Part shown: positions 19,354 through 28,359 of the stretch, one piece after another | How positions within the stretch are numbered: position 1 is the first letter of the stretch | Layout: every line of letters starts with the position of its first letter | Assembly (NCBI GenBank): GCA_009923895.1 | Contig: RFSP01000001.1 | Location: 1 to 34,571 of the forward strand | Source: Betaproteobacteria bacterium | Lineage (GTDB): Bacteria > Pseudomonadota > Gammaproteobacteria > Burkholderiales > Burkholderiaceae_C | Direction: 5' to 3' | Length of the DNA: 34,571 nucleotides | Translations under genes and position numbers: made by a program | Notes under the pieces: model-generated | What the model was told of the DNA's origin: nothing | Seen by the model: the letters and a program-made list of their open reading frames with translations, nothing else | The model's database searches: none

Positions 19354-20761
19354 GTTGTCTTCCTTGCGAGGTCAAAGCCTGGACCACACGCTCCATGGCC
19401 ATGAACCGTGAGCCTTTGACCAGCACCGATTTCACCGAGGGCATGTTCAGGGAGTCTTGACTCAGGGCCTGCACCAGGGTCATCGTGTCAGCAAACCAAC
19501 GCGCCTTCGGACCAAAGGCTTGAGCAGCCGCCTCACACAAAGTCCCGGCACACCACAGGTGCTCCAGACCCTGCTCGCGCGCATACGCTCCCACTTCTGT
19601 GTGAAAGGCAACGCCTTGATCGCCCACCTCTCCCATGTCTCCCAAGATCAACCATCGAGGTGCGGGCAGCTCGGTCAAGACGTCAATGGCCGCCCGAACC
19701 GAATCTGGGTTGGCGTTGTAGGTGTCATCAACGAGCGACACCGATGCAGCCGCTCCACCCGCCAGGTGGCATGCCATCAAACTCGAGCGCCCTTTGACGG
19801 CCCGAAACGCATTCAACCCGGATTCGATGGCCTGCATGGGTGCTCCGGCGGCTACAGCGGCAGCCGCCGCGCCCAATGCGTTCTTGACGTTGTGACGGCC
19901 CGCCATGTGCAAGACAAAAGACAGAGGTCCCGCCGGCGTGGTGGCTTGTACCTGCCATCCTTGGCCCTGCCATTTCGAGCGACCGAGCACATCGGCCTTG
20001 ACCGCGTCTGCTGCCGAAGTGTCGCGGGCCAAAGCAAAGGTCATCGTGCGTCGAGCGCCGGCCAGCTCACGCCACAGCGGGGCGTACGCATCGTCGGCTG
20101 GAAAGACAGCGGTCCCGTCGGGCGGCAAAGAGGCAATCACGGCGCCGTTTTCTTCGGCCACCGCTTTGACTGTGGCCATGAACTCCTGATGCTCACGCTG
20201 GGCGTTGTTGACCAGAGCCACGTGTGGGGCAGACATGGCCGCCAGTCCTGCAATCTCGCCGGGGTGATTCATGCCCAGCTCCAACACCGCCGCCTCATGG
20301 TGCGCACGCAATCGCAGCAAGGTCAAGGGCACACCGATGTGGTTGTTGAAATTGCCTTCGGTGGCCAAGGAGCGATCTGCCTTCCAGGCCCTCAATATGG
20401 CCGCAATCATCTGCGTGACCGTGGTCTTGCCATTGCTGCCGGTGACGGCTATCACGCACAGTTGCAGCTGCTGCCGCCAGCCGGCCGCCAAGGTTTGCAG
20501 GGCCCACAAACTGTTCGGCACCTCAATGCCAGGCAAGTCGCTGGCCTGCAGTCCCCGCTCGGCTACAGCGGCCAACGCCCCTGCTTTTTTGGCCTGCGGC
20601 AAGAAGTCATGGGCATCGAAACGATCCCCACGCAAGGCCACAAAAAGATCGCCCGGCCGCAAGGTCCTCGTGTCGGTATGCACCCGCTGCACACGCAGTG
20701 CCCCGTCCCCCAACAAGACGGAGCCGGGCAGCAGGGCGTGGGCTTGTGACAAGGACAGCAT
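19343..20761 (-). CDS. murF: UDP-MurNAc-tripeptide--D-Ala-D-Ala ligase (stand-alone, not a MurE-MurF fusion)
   Basis: [68 protein letters not shown]. Confidence 0.97.
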   Translation of the reverse strand: MLSLSQAHALLPGSVLLGDGALRVQRVHTDTRTLRPGDLFVALRGDRFDAHDFLPQAKKAGALAAVAERGLQASDLPGIEVPNSLWALQTLAAGWRQQLQLCVIAVTGSNGKTTVTQMIAAILRAWKADRSLATEGNFNNHIGVPLTLLRLRAHHEAAVLELGMNHPGEIAGLAAMSAPHVALVNNAQREHQEFMATVKAVAEENGAVIASLPPDGTAVFPADDAYAPLWRELAGARRTMTFALARDTSAADAVKADVLGRSKWQGQGWQVQATTPAGPLSFVLHMAGRHNVKNALGAAAAAVAAGAPMQAIESGLNAFRAVKGRSSLMACHLAGGAAASVSLVDDTYNANPDSVRAAIDVLTELPAPRWLILGDMGEVGDQGVAFHTEVGAYAREQGLEHLWCAGTLCEAAAQAFGPKARWFADTMTLVQALSQDSLNMPSVKSVLVKGSRFMAMERVVQALTSQGRQHAA

Positions 20762-22548
20762 CAAAAGCTCTCCTGTTCTGCAGGGCCCGGTTGCACGGCG
20801 ATTTGCGGCTTGAACTCAATGTCAGGGGCCACATTCATCATGCGCAAGGTTTGCTGAACCACTTGCGCGAACACCGGGGCGGCCACGTCACCGCCAAAGT
20901 AGATGCCTTTGCTGGGCTCATCCACCATGACCGCCACCACGATTCTGGGAGCACTCACGGGTGCGAGTCCCACAAACCACGCGCGGTATTTGTTGGATGC
21001 GTAAGTCTTGCCTTCCTGCTTGTGGGCCGTCCCGGTCTTGCCACCCACCGAATAGCCCATGGCTTGGGCCTTGGGAGCGGTACCTCCTGGCCCCGCGGCC
21101 ATTTGGAGCATCTTGCGCACTTCTTGCACCGTTTTGGCTGACAGCACACGCACGCCTGCAACCGGCATCGGCTTGCCGTCGGGCCCTTTCGCACTGGAGT
21201 CCTGGCGCAGCATGGTCACGGGAATCAATTCGCCATCCCGCGCAAAGACGGTGTAGGCGCGCGCCATCTGAAACAGCGAGGCCGAGAGCCCATAGCCATA
21301 GCTCATGGTGGCCTGCTCGATGGGCCGCCACGTCTTGAAAGGGCGCAAACGGCCCGTCACGGTGCCAGGAAACTCCAGTTGGGGCTTCTGACCAAAACCC
21401 ACCTGAGAGAAAAGCTCCCACATCTCGCGGGGCGCCATCTGCATGGCCATCTTGACCGTGCCCACGTTGCTGGATTTTTGAATCACCTCCTGCACGGTCA
21501 ACACGCCGTGCGGGTGCGCATCTTTGATGGTCGAGCCGGTGATGTTGATCGCCCCTGGCGCGGTCTGTATGGGGGTCTGCGGGGTGACACGGCCGGTCTC
21601 GATGGCCAGCGAAGCCACAAAGGGCTTCATCACCGAACCGGGCTCAAAAATGTCGGTCAACGCCCGATTTCTCAATTGAGCGCCCGACAAGCCTTGGCGG
21701 CTGTTGGGGTTGAAGCTGGGGTAATTGGCCAGGGCCAAGACTTCACCCGTCACCACGTCAAGGACCACCACGCTACCGGCCTTGGCGTTGTGTTCCATGA
21801 CCGCATCGCGCACGCGCTGCCATGCGAAGAACTGCACCTTGCTGTCAATCGACAACGTGATGTCACGTCCATTGACGGGCTCCAAGCGATCGCCAATGTC
21901 CTCCACCACCCGACCCAGCCGGTCCTTGACCACGCCGCGGGATCCGTCCTTGCCCTTCAAGTGGTCTTGAAAGGCCAACTCGATGCCTTCTTGTCCCGCC
22001 TCCTCAACGTTGGTGAATCCCACCACATGTGCAGCCGCCTCGCCCTCCGGGTAGCTGCGACGGAATTCAGGGACTTGGTACACACCTTTGGCGCCGACGG
22101 ACTTGACCTGTTCCCACACCTCGTTGTCCACCTGCCGACGCAACCAAGCGAACTCCCCACTGCCTTCGGTGCGCGACTGAAGCTCCGCAGCCGACATGCC
22201 CAACAACTGCGACAGCGCCTTGCGTTGGGCCACGTCGGCCTCGAAGTCCTTGGGGATGGCCCACACCGAGGGCGTGGGCACACTGGTGGCCAAGACGACG
22301 CCATGGCGATCAAGAACCCGCCCCCGGCTGGCCGGCAATTTCAAGGTGTGCGCGTAGCGCTTTTCACCCTGCTTGAGGTAAAAGTCTGCACCCACGACTT
22401 GGATATAAACGGCCCGACCAATCAACAGCAAGAAAGCCAGCGCCACCATCACCACGACGAAACGCGACCGCCAAGGTGGCGTCTTGCTGGCCAGCAACGG
22501 GCTGGTGGCGTAATTGACCCCTCGTGCTGCGGTGGCCGGGCGCATCAC
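20761..22548 (-). CDS. ftsI: Penicillin-binding protein 3 (septal D,D-transpeptidase)
   Basis: N-terminal TM, RGRVLDR, SxxK (GSVMK), SxN (SSN), KTG; start is GTG 22548 or ATG 22545. Confidence 0.97.
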   Translation of the reverse strand: MMRPATAARGVNYATSPLLASKTPPWRSRFVVVMVALAFLLLIGRAVYIQVVGADFYLKQGEKRYAHTLKLPASRGRVLDRHGVVLATSVPTPSVWAIPKDFEADVAQRKALSQLLGMSAAELQSRTEGSGEFAWLRRQVDNEVWEQVKSVGAKGVYQVPEFRRSYPEGEAAAHVVGFTNVEEAGQEGIELAFQDHLKGKDGSRGVVKDRLGRVVEDIGDRLEPVNGRDITLSIDSKVQFFAWQRVRDAVMEHNAKAGSVVVLDVVTGEVLALANYPSFNPNSRQGLSGAQLRNRALTDIFEPGSVMKPFVASLAIETGRVTPQTPIQTAPGAINITGSTIKDAHPHGVLTVQEVIQKSSNVGTVKMAMQMAPREMWELFSQVGFGQKPQLEFPGTVTGRLRPFKTWRPIEQATMSYGYGLSASLFQMARAYTVFARDGELIPVTMLRQDSSAKGPDGKPMPVAGVRVLSAKTVQEVRKMLQMAAGPGGTAPKAQAMGYSVGGKTGTAHKQEGKTYASNKYRAWFVGLAPVSAPRIVVAVMVDEPSKGIYFGGDVAAPVFAQVVQQTLRMMNVAPDIEFKPQIAVQPGPAEQESF

Positions 22549-22883
22549 GGTTTTCCTCTTGCGGCAGGAGAAGCGGCAGAAGTGGAAGAAGCAGCCACTG
22601 CCGCCGAAGCCGCTTCAGCGGCGGGATCCACGGCATAGACGATCACACCGGGCAAGGGTGTTCGCATGTGCAACTTCTCGCGGGCTACCTTTTCGACCCT
22701 CAGGTGAGTGGCCTGGGCCTGACGGTCTGCATCGAGGCGCTTGAACTCCACATCCAGCGCACGCTCTTCGCTCTTGGCTCGGTCAATGGCTGCAAAGAGC
22801 CGGCGCGCGTCATAACTGGTGCGCACCAGCAAGAGACAACTGCCCATCAACAACACCACCATAAGCAGGTGCAGACGGGTCAC
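22545..22883 (-). CDS. ftsL: Cell division protein FtsL
   Basis: TM plus coiled coil, [12 protein letters not shown]; located between rsmH and ftsI; Ala/Ser-rich tail. Confidence 0.92.
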   Translation of the reverse strand: MTRLHLLMVVLLMGSCLLLVRTSYDARRLFAAIDRAKSEERALDVEFKRLDADRQAQATHLRVEKVAREKLHMRTPLPGVIVYAVDPAAEAASAAVAASSTSAASPAARGKP

Positions 22884-23818
22884 GCCGCCACCTCGGTGCG
22901 CTCAGCCACACGCAAGATGGCCGAGCGTGAGCGGGGGTTCGCAGCCACCTCGGCTGCTGACGGCCTGATGCGACCCAGCGCCTTCAATTTCAGCGCACGC
23001 GGGGGGGCGAAGGGCGCGCGCCGATCCACCTCATCGCGGCTTTCGCGCGCAATAAAAGTCTTGACGATGCGATCTTCGAGCGAATGAAAGCTGATCACCG
23101 CCAATCGTCCCCCAGGCACCAGCAGCGCGAGCGCTGCCTTCAGCCCCTGTTCGAGCTCTTCAAGCTCGGCGTTGATGAAAATCCGAAGAGCCTGAAATGT
23201 GCGCGTTGCAGGGTCCTGGCCCGGCTCGCGGGTTTTGACCGCACCAGCCACGACTTGGGCCAACTCTCCTGTGGTTCGAACAGGATGCCCGCCCTGCCTG
23301 CGAGCCACAATCGCCTTTGCAATCGAAACAGCAAACCGTTCTTCGCCATAGTCACGAATCACCTCCGCCAGTTGGCGCTCATCGGCACGTTGCAAAAAAT
23401 CCGCGGCCGTTTCGCCACGGGTGGTGTCCATGCGCATGTCTAAGGGCGCATCGAATCGAAAGCTGAAGCCGCGCGCCGGGTTGTCGATCTGCGGGCTGCT
23501 CACCCCCAGGTCCAACAAGATCCCATCCACTTGGGCGATGTGCAAGGCGGACAAGGCATCGCGCATGGTGGAAAACGCCGCGTGCACCACGGTCAATCGG
23601 GGGTCGTTGAGCGCCTGTGCGGCCACCCAGGCCTCTGTGTCGCGATCGAAGGCCACCACCTGGGCCTGGCTGGACAAGCGGGCCAACAAGGCCCGCGTGT
23701 GCCCCCCTCGGCCGAAGGTGCCATCCACGTACACGCCGTCGGGTCGGGTGACCAGGGCCTCCACGGCTTCGTTCAACAAGACCGTGGTATGCGTCCATGC
23801 CTCGTCAGTCCCGCTCAT
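22880..23818 (-). CDS. rsmH: 16S rRNA m4C1402 methyltransferase
   Basis: [54 protein letters not shown]. Confidence 0.98.
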   Translation of the reverse strand: MSGTDEAWTHTTVLLNEAVEALVTRPDGVYVDGTFGRGGHTRALLARLSSQAQVVAFDRDTEAWVAAQALNDPRLTVVHAAFSTMRDALSALHIAQVDGILLDLGVSSPQIDNPARGFSFRFDAPLDMRMDTTRGETAADFLQRADERQLAEVIRDYGEERFAVSIAKAIVARRQGGHPVRTTGELAQVVAGAVKTREPGQDPATRTFQALRIFINAELEELEQGLKAALALLVPGGRLAVISFHSLEDRIVKTFIARESRDEVDRRAPFAPPRALKLKALGRIRPSAAEVAANPRSRSAILRVAERTEVAA

Positions 23819-24258
23819 CCGATGAAAAGACCGGACAGCTGGGCACTCATGTCCCCAGTGAGCACATCGGCTTCGTGCGCGTCATAACGGGCCTTGTCCC
23901 AGATCTCAAAGCGGTTGCCCAAGCCCATGAAGACCACTTCGCGCTCCAGGCCCGCCCAGGCGCGCAACTCTGGCGGCAGCAACACGCGCGAGGACGCGTC
24001 GATGGCCACCTCGGTGGCGCTGCCAATGTATAGACGCCGCAAACCATCAGCAGAAGCGGGCAGCGTATTGAGGCGACTCTCAAACTGCTCCCACACCGGA
24101 CGCGGAAACAGCGACAAGCAGCGCACGTGACTCTTGCTGACCACCAATTGGCCTTCCACAGCGGACATCAGGACGTCGCGATAACGAGAAGGCACGGTCA
24201 CCCGACCCTTCCCGTCCAACGTCAACAGCGGACCACCCTTGAAAGCAAAAGAAGACAC
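23815..24258 (-). CDS. mraZ: Division/cell-wall cluster transcriptional regulator MraZ
   Basis: [38 protein letters not shown]; start uncertain (GTG 24258 chosen). Confidence 0.95.
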   Translation of the reverse strand: MSSFAFKGGPLLTLDGKGRVTVPSRYRDVLMSAVEGQLVVSKSHVRCLSLFPRPVWEQFESRLNTLPASADGLRRLYIGSATEVAIDASSRVLLPPELRAWAGLEREVVFMGLGNRFEIWDKARYDAHEADVLTGDMSAQLSGLFIG

Positions 24259-24288
24259 AAAAACCCACCAAAGTGCACGAATCTGCAC
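24254..24288 (-). promoter_or_regulatory. Candidate MraZ-binding repeats (GTG every 10 nt)
   Basis: Minus strand GTGCA (24288), GTGCA (24278), GTGGG (24268), GTGTC (24258), an exact 10-nt period; a further GTGGG at 24310. Confidence 0.55.
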
Positions 24289-24342
24289 TTTAACGGAGTT
24301 TGTGCCCCACGGTCAATGCTCAAAGTAAAGAAAATTCAATGG

Positions 24343-24355
24343 AATCAAGCACTTA
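24343..24355 (+). promoter_or_regulatory. Candidate IHF binding site upstream of the dcw cluster
   Basis: AATCAAGCACTTA matches WATCAANNNNTTR exactly, with an A-rich tract 5' of it; a one-mismatch copy AATGAAGCACTTG at 24398-24410. Confidence 0.55.
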
Positions 24356-24480
24356 GAAACCATGCTTCACAAACTTTGGCGTGAAAAAACTGTTCTAAAT
24401 GAAGCACTTGTGCCAAGTAATGAAACTGGTTTCTTAGCAACTCATCGCAAACCTGGGGGTTTCCCTCAGGCGGGCCCGGG

Positions 24481-25692
24481 TCAGGTCGGGGCCAAACGCC
24501 CCCGCACCCACAGCCAGGTGGTCAAGCCCACAACCCACATAGCCGCCGAGCCCCACGCCAGGGTCATGGTGGAGTGCATCACCCAGGGGACCAACACCCC
24601 GGCGACCAAACCGTTCCCCGTGGAGCCGATGAAGGATTGCAAAGACGACGCCATGCCGCGTCGTTGCGGCACCAAGTCCATCAACAGCAGCGTCACGGCC
24701 GGTGCCGACAAAGACCAACCAAAGAAATAAGCCGCCACCGGGAACAAGGCCCAAGACACATCGGGGACCCACAGGGCATTGAGCACCAGGTTGACGACGG
24801 AGGAAGCCCCCATCACCGCAAACCCCAGCATGATCTGCCGGTCCGGAGAAATGCACCCGGCCAGTCGGCCGCTGAGCGCTGCGCCCGAGGTCATGCCCAA
24901 GACACTCACCACAAAGAACCAGAAAAACTGGGTGGGCTGCAAGTGCAGATGGTCACCCAGCCAGGCCGGCAGAGCCAGCACATAGATGAACATGCCGTTA
25001 AAGGGCACCCCGCTGGACAAAGCCAGAGCCAAAAAGCGCGGGTCTCGGGCCAACTGCGCATAGCCCCTCATCAGGGGCTTCAGCCCCAATGCTTGGCGAT
25101 GATCTTCATGCAGACTCTCGGGCAGCAAGCGCCACATCGTCCAGGCCAAGGTGAGTCCCGCGAGCGCCAAGAGCCAGAAAATGGCGCGCCAATCTATCAG
25201 CACCACCACCCAGCCGCCCACCAGAGGCGCCACCACAGGCGCCAAACCAAAGAAGATGGTGACCTGGCTCATCACCCGCTGGGCCTGGGCCTGGGGATAC
25301 AAGTCACGGATGATGGCGCGTCCCACCACCATGCCCGCACCCGCTGTCATCCCTTGAATGGCACGCCACACCACCAGCCAGCCAATGTTCGGACTCAGTG
25401 CGCAGCCCACACTGGCCACACTGAACATCATCAACCCTGCGATCACCACCGGACGGCGGCCCAAGCTGTCGGACAGCGCCCCATGAAAAAGGTTCATCGC
25501 TGCGAAGGCAAACAGATAGGCCGACAGGGTTTGCTGCATTTGCAGCGGTGTGGCCTGCAGCGAGCGGGCCATGTCTGAAAACGCGGGGAGGTAGGTGTCG
25601 ACGCTGAACGGCCCCAGCATGCTCAGCCCGGCCAGAAGCAGAGCCAAAGACCAGTGAGAACCGCGCCACAACGACTGCGCTTGAGGATGCAT
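24481..25692 (-). CDS. Bcr/CflA family multidrug-efflux MFS transporter
   Basis: MLGPFSVDTYLPAF, MFS motif A GALSDSLGRRPV, RAIIRDLY, APVVAPLVGG, LLPESL. Confidence 0.93.
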   Translation of the reverse strand: MHPQAQSLWRGSHWSLALLLAGLSMLGPFSVDTYLPAFSDMARSLQATPLQMQQTLSAYLFAFAAMNLFHGALSDSLGRRPVVIAGLMMFSVASVGCALSPNIGWLVVWRAIQGMTAGAGMVVGRAIIRDLYPQAQAQRVMSQVTIFFGLAPVVAPLVGGWVVVLIDWRAIFWLLALAGLTLAWTMWRLLPESLHEDHRQALGLKPLMRGYAQLARDPRFLALALSSGVPFNGMFIYVLALPAWLGDHLHLQPTQFFWFFVVSVLGMTSGAALSGRLAGCISPDRQIMLGFAVMGASSVVNLVLNALWVPDVSWALFPVAAYFFGWSLSAPAVTLLLMDLVPQRRGMASSLQSFIGSTGNGLVAGVLVPWVMHSTMTLAWGSAAMWVVGLTTWLWVRGRLAPT

Positions 25693-25720
25693 GAGCCCTT
25701 TCGAAATCGGCAAAAATTGT

Positions 25721-26046
25721 GAAGCAAGCCGATAGGCCGGATTCTGTGCGGCAAGTTTCCCCGCCGTGACCGCCATTCCTCTGGGCCGGGGGTCGCCCAC
25801 CCGGCTCGGTGCCACCTACCCGCCGACTCCGCGAGACCACGTCAACGTCGGCCTACTTGGTGTTGCTGCGCGTAGAGATTGCCCGTTTCACCCTGGGAAA
25901 GATCGCTCTTGCCCAGACTCGTCTCTGTTGCTCTGATCCTCGGCTTGCGCCGGGCAGCCGTTAACTGCTACGCCGCTCTGTGCAGTCCGGACCTTCCTCC
26001 AGCGCCGTGTTTCCACGATCGCGCCAGCGGCGGTCTGGCTTGCTTC
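25721..26046 (-). ncRNA. rnpB: RNase P RNA, bacterial type A
   Basis: Minus strand: P1 GAAGCAAGCC...GGCTTGCTTC; GAGGAAGGTCCGGACT; AGAGCAACAGAGA; GGGTGAAACGGGCAATCTC; 3' ACAGAATCCGGCCTA. Confidence 0.95.
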
Positions 26047-26092
26047 ACGCACGCATTGTCCCATTCTTTGGGACGTGGTTGGGGGAGGCGGT

Positions 26093-26297
26093 AGATTGCT
26101 TCGCTTCGCTCGCAATGACGCAAAACCGCCCTTGCAAGGAGGCCGTAGGCCCAGGCCCCCGTCATTGCGAGGAGGCCAAAGGCCCAGGCCCCCGTCATCA
26201 CGAGGAGACCGAAGGCCTTGGCCCCCGTCATTGCGAGGAGGCCAAAGGCCCAGGCCCCCGTCATTGCGAGGAGGCCAAAGGCCGACGCGGCAATCTC
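26093..26297. repeat. REP-like palindromic element with a 33-bp tandem amplification (5 units) and one inverted copy
   Basis: Units GTCATTGCGAGGAGGCCAAAGGCCCAGGCCCCC start at 26128 (degenerate), 26161, 26194 (variant), 26227 and 26260 (ends ..GACGCGGCAATCTC); inverted copy AGATTGCTTCGCTTCGCTCGCAATGACG at 26093-26120. Confidence 0.9.
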
Positions 26298-26317
26298 GGG
26301 GCCTTCAGCCCTCTTCT

Positions 26318-27190
26318 TCACCCCTGTTGCAACGCCCGAATCCGCTCCTCGATCGGAGGATGGCTGGAGAACAGCGCCATGAGACCGTTGGATCCGCCCG
26401 CAATCCCCATGGTCTTCACCGACTGCGGCAGCTCGCCACCTTGCAAACTCCCCAGACGCGCCAGGGCGTTGATCATGGGCTCACGACGACCCATGAGCTG
26501 GGATGCACCTGCATCGGCACGGAACTCTCGCTGACGCGAAAACCACGCCACGATGATGGCGGCCACCAGCCCAAATACGATGTCAAGCACGATGGTGGTG
26601 ATCATGTATCCCAAGCCCGGGCCTTCACGGTCGTTGCGCAAGACCACCTTGTCCACAAAGTAGCCAATTGCGCGAGACAAAAACACCACGAAAGTGTTCA
26701 TGACGCCTTGGATGAGCGTCATGGTCACCATGTCGCCATTGGCCACGTGGGCCACTTCGTGCCCAATCACCGCTTCGACTTCTTCGCGGGTCATGTTTTC
26801 CAACAAGCCGGTGGACACCGCCACCAGCGCCGAGTCCTTGAACGCCCCCGTTGCGAAGGCGTTGGGCTCGCCCTCGTACAAAGCCACCTCGGGCATCTGC
26901 ACGCCGGCCTTTTGCGCAAACTGAGACACCGTGCGCACCAACCACTGGTGTGTGGGGTCGGTCGAATCATTGATGATCACCGCCCCGGTGGACCATTTGG
27001 CCATGGGCTTGCTCATCAGCAGCGAAATAAACGCGCCGCCAAACCCCATGACCGCGGCAAACCCGAGCAAGGTGCCCCAATTGAGCCCGCTTTGCGACAG
27101 GTAACGGTTCACGCCCAACAGCGATGCCGTGATGCTCAGCACCACCATGACAGCCAGGTTGGTCAAGACGAAAAGGACTATGCGTTTCAT
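26318..27190 (-). CDS. htpX: Membrane zinc metalloprotease HtpX
   Basis: [55 protein letters not shown]. Confidence 0.98.
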   Translation of the reverse strand: MKRIVLFVLTNLAVMVVLSITASLLGVNRYLSQSGLNWGTLLGFAAVMGFGGAFISLLMSKPMAKWSTGAVIINDSTDPTHQWLVRTVSQFAQKAGVQMPEVALYEGEPNAFATGAFKDSALVAVSTGLLENMTREEVEAVIGHEVAHVANGDMVTMTLIQGVMNTFVVFLSRAIGYFVDKVVLRNDREGPGLGYMITTIVLDIVFGLVAAIIVAWFSRQREFRADAGASQLMGRREPMINALARLGSLQGGELPQSVKTMGIAGGSNGLMALFSSHPPIEERIRALQQG

Positions 27191-27235
27191 GTGTGCACCG
27201 CCGGATGTCCGGCGCCCCAAGTGGATCCAGACGCG

Positions 27236-27265
27236 AAATGTGAGGCCTTTGCCGCCAGTTTCAAG
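27236..27265 (-). promoter_or_regulatory. Candidate sigma32 (RpoH) promoter of htpX
   Basis: Minus strand CTTGAA-N16-TCACATTT versus consensus CTTGAA-N13-17-CCCCATNT; htpX is an established RpoH target. Confidence 0.45.
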
Positions 27266-27325
27266 CGGCCCGGCTCAACACCCCTGAAGGATCCAGGGTT
27301 TTCTCACGCGGCCTTCAAGACATTC

Positions 27326-28357
27326 TTAAGACACCAGACGCCAGCTCAGCGTCTCCCCAGCGCGCAAAGGCTTGATCCATGCGTCGCCAAAGGGCAGTGT
27401 TTGCGGCAAGGTCCACGACTCACGCCGCAGGGTCACTGTCCCGCCATTGCGGGGCAAACCGTAAAAGTCGGGCCCATAAAAACTGGCAAAACCTTCCAGC
27501 CGGTCCAATGCGCCTGCGGCTTCAAAAGCCTCCGCGTAGAGCTCCAATGCCGAAGGAGCGGTGAAGCAACCCGCCCCGCACACCGACTGTTCTTTCAATG
27601 CAGCCGCATGGGGCGCGCTGTCGGTGCCCAAAAAGAATTTGGGGCTGCCCGAAGTCGCGGCCTCGATCAGCGCCAGGCGATGCGCCTCCCGCTTGAGCAC
27701 CGGCAAGCAGTAAAAATGCGGGCGCAGCCCTCCAACGAACAAAGCATTGCGGTTGTAGAGCAGATGATGTGCCGTGATGGTCGCTGCCGTGAACGAGTCA
27801 GATTGCGCGACGTACTGAGCGGCCTCGCGGGTGGTGATGTGCTCAAACACCACTTTGAGTGCCGGGAAATCCTTGCGCAAGGGCGTCATGACCCGGTCAA
27901 TGAACACCGCTTCACGGTCAAAGATGTCCACTTCCTGATCTGTCACCTCCCCGTGAACCAACAGCAACAGTCCATGCCGTTGCATGGCTTCCAAGGTTCG
28001 GTAGGTCTTGCGTATGTCGGTCACCCCTGCATCGCTGTGGGTCGTGGCACCGGCGGGGTAGAGCTTGAGAGCCACCACGCCAGCCGCCTTGGCGCGTGCG
28101 ATTTCCTCCACAGGCGTGTGGTCCGTCAGGTACAAGGTCATCAGCGGCTCAAAAGTCGACCCTTCTGGCAAGGCCGCCAAAATACGATCGCGGTAGGCCG
28201 TGGCCTGATCGGCGGTCGTGATGGGCGGCTTGAGGTTGGGCATGACCACCGCGCGGCCAAATTGTGCGGCGGTGTGCGGCAGCACGGCAGCCAGGGCTGC
28301 GCCATCGCGCAGGTGCAAGTGCCAATCGTCAGGGCGTGTGAGAGTCAGAGCATTCAT
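27326..28357 (-). CDS. pyrC: Dihydroorotase (E. coli-type homodimeric)
   Basis: [55 protein letters not shown]. Confidence 0.98.
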   Translation of the reverse strand: MNALTLTRPDDWHLHLRDGAALAAVLPHTAAQFGRAVVMPNLKPPITTADQATAYRDRILAALPEGSTFEPLMTLYLTDHTPVEEIARAKAAGVVALKLYPAGATTHSDAGVTDIRKTYRTLEAMQRHGLLLLVHGEVTDQEVDIFDREAVFIDRVMTPLRKDFPALKVVFEHITTREAAQYVAQSDSFTAATITAHHLLYNRNALFVGGLRPHFYCLPVLKREAHRLALIEAATSGSPKFFLGTDSAPHAAALKEQSVCGAGCFTAPSALELYAEAFEAAGALDRLEGFASFYGPDFYGLPRNGGTVTLRRESWTLPQTLPFGDAWIKPLRAGETLSWRLVS

Positions 28358-28359
28358 GT

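Noticed and set aside
19343-20761. MurE-MurF fusion, or MurE misidentified as MurF
   Set aside because: A single 472-aa ligase with MurF-type motifs ([21 protein letters not shown]) and no MurE DYAH or DNPR motifs.
22545-22625. Ala/Ser-rich FtsL tail and Met/Ala/Gly-rich FtsZ linker
   Set aside because: Low-complexity variable regions are common at these positions, with no sign of an added domain.
24452-24470. Hairpin downstream of the MFS gene as an intrinsic terminator
   Set aside because: The minus-strand stem has a mismatch and only three U residues follow; too weak to call.
24481-25815. N-terminal extensions in the ORF track (MFS to 25815; also ftsQ to 14543, murG to 16368, CaiB to 3586, thiolase to 34566)
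   Set aside because: They run into rnpB or the upstream genes; downstream starts with stop-start overlaps or family-typical N-termini fit better.
26128-26297. Possible CRISPR array
   Set aside because: The units are contiguous near-identical 33-mers with no unique spacers, and there are no cas genes in the window.
25968-26534. ORFs with 11-aa repeats (AFGLLAMTGAW; GPGPRHCEEAK)
   Set aside because: A by-product of the 33-bp DNA repeat being a multiple of 3; the ORFs overlap rnpB and htpX.
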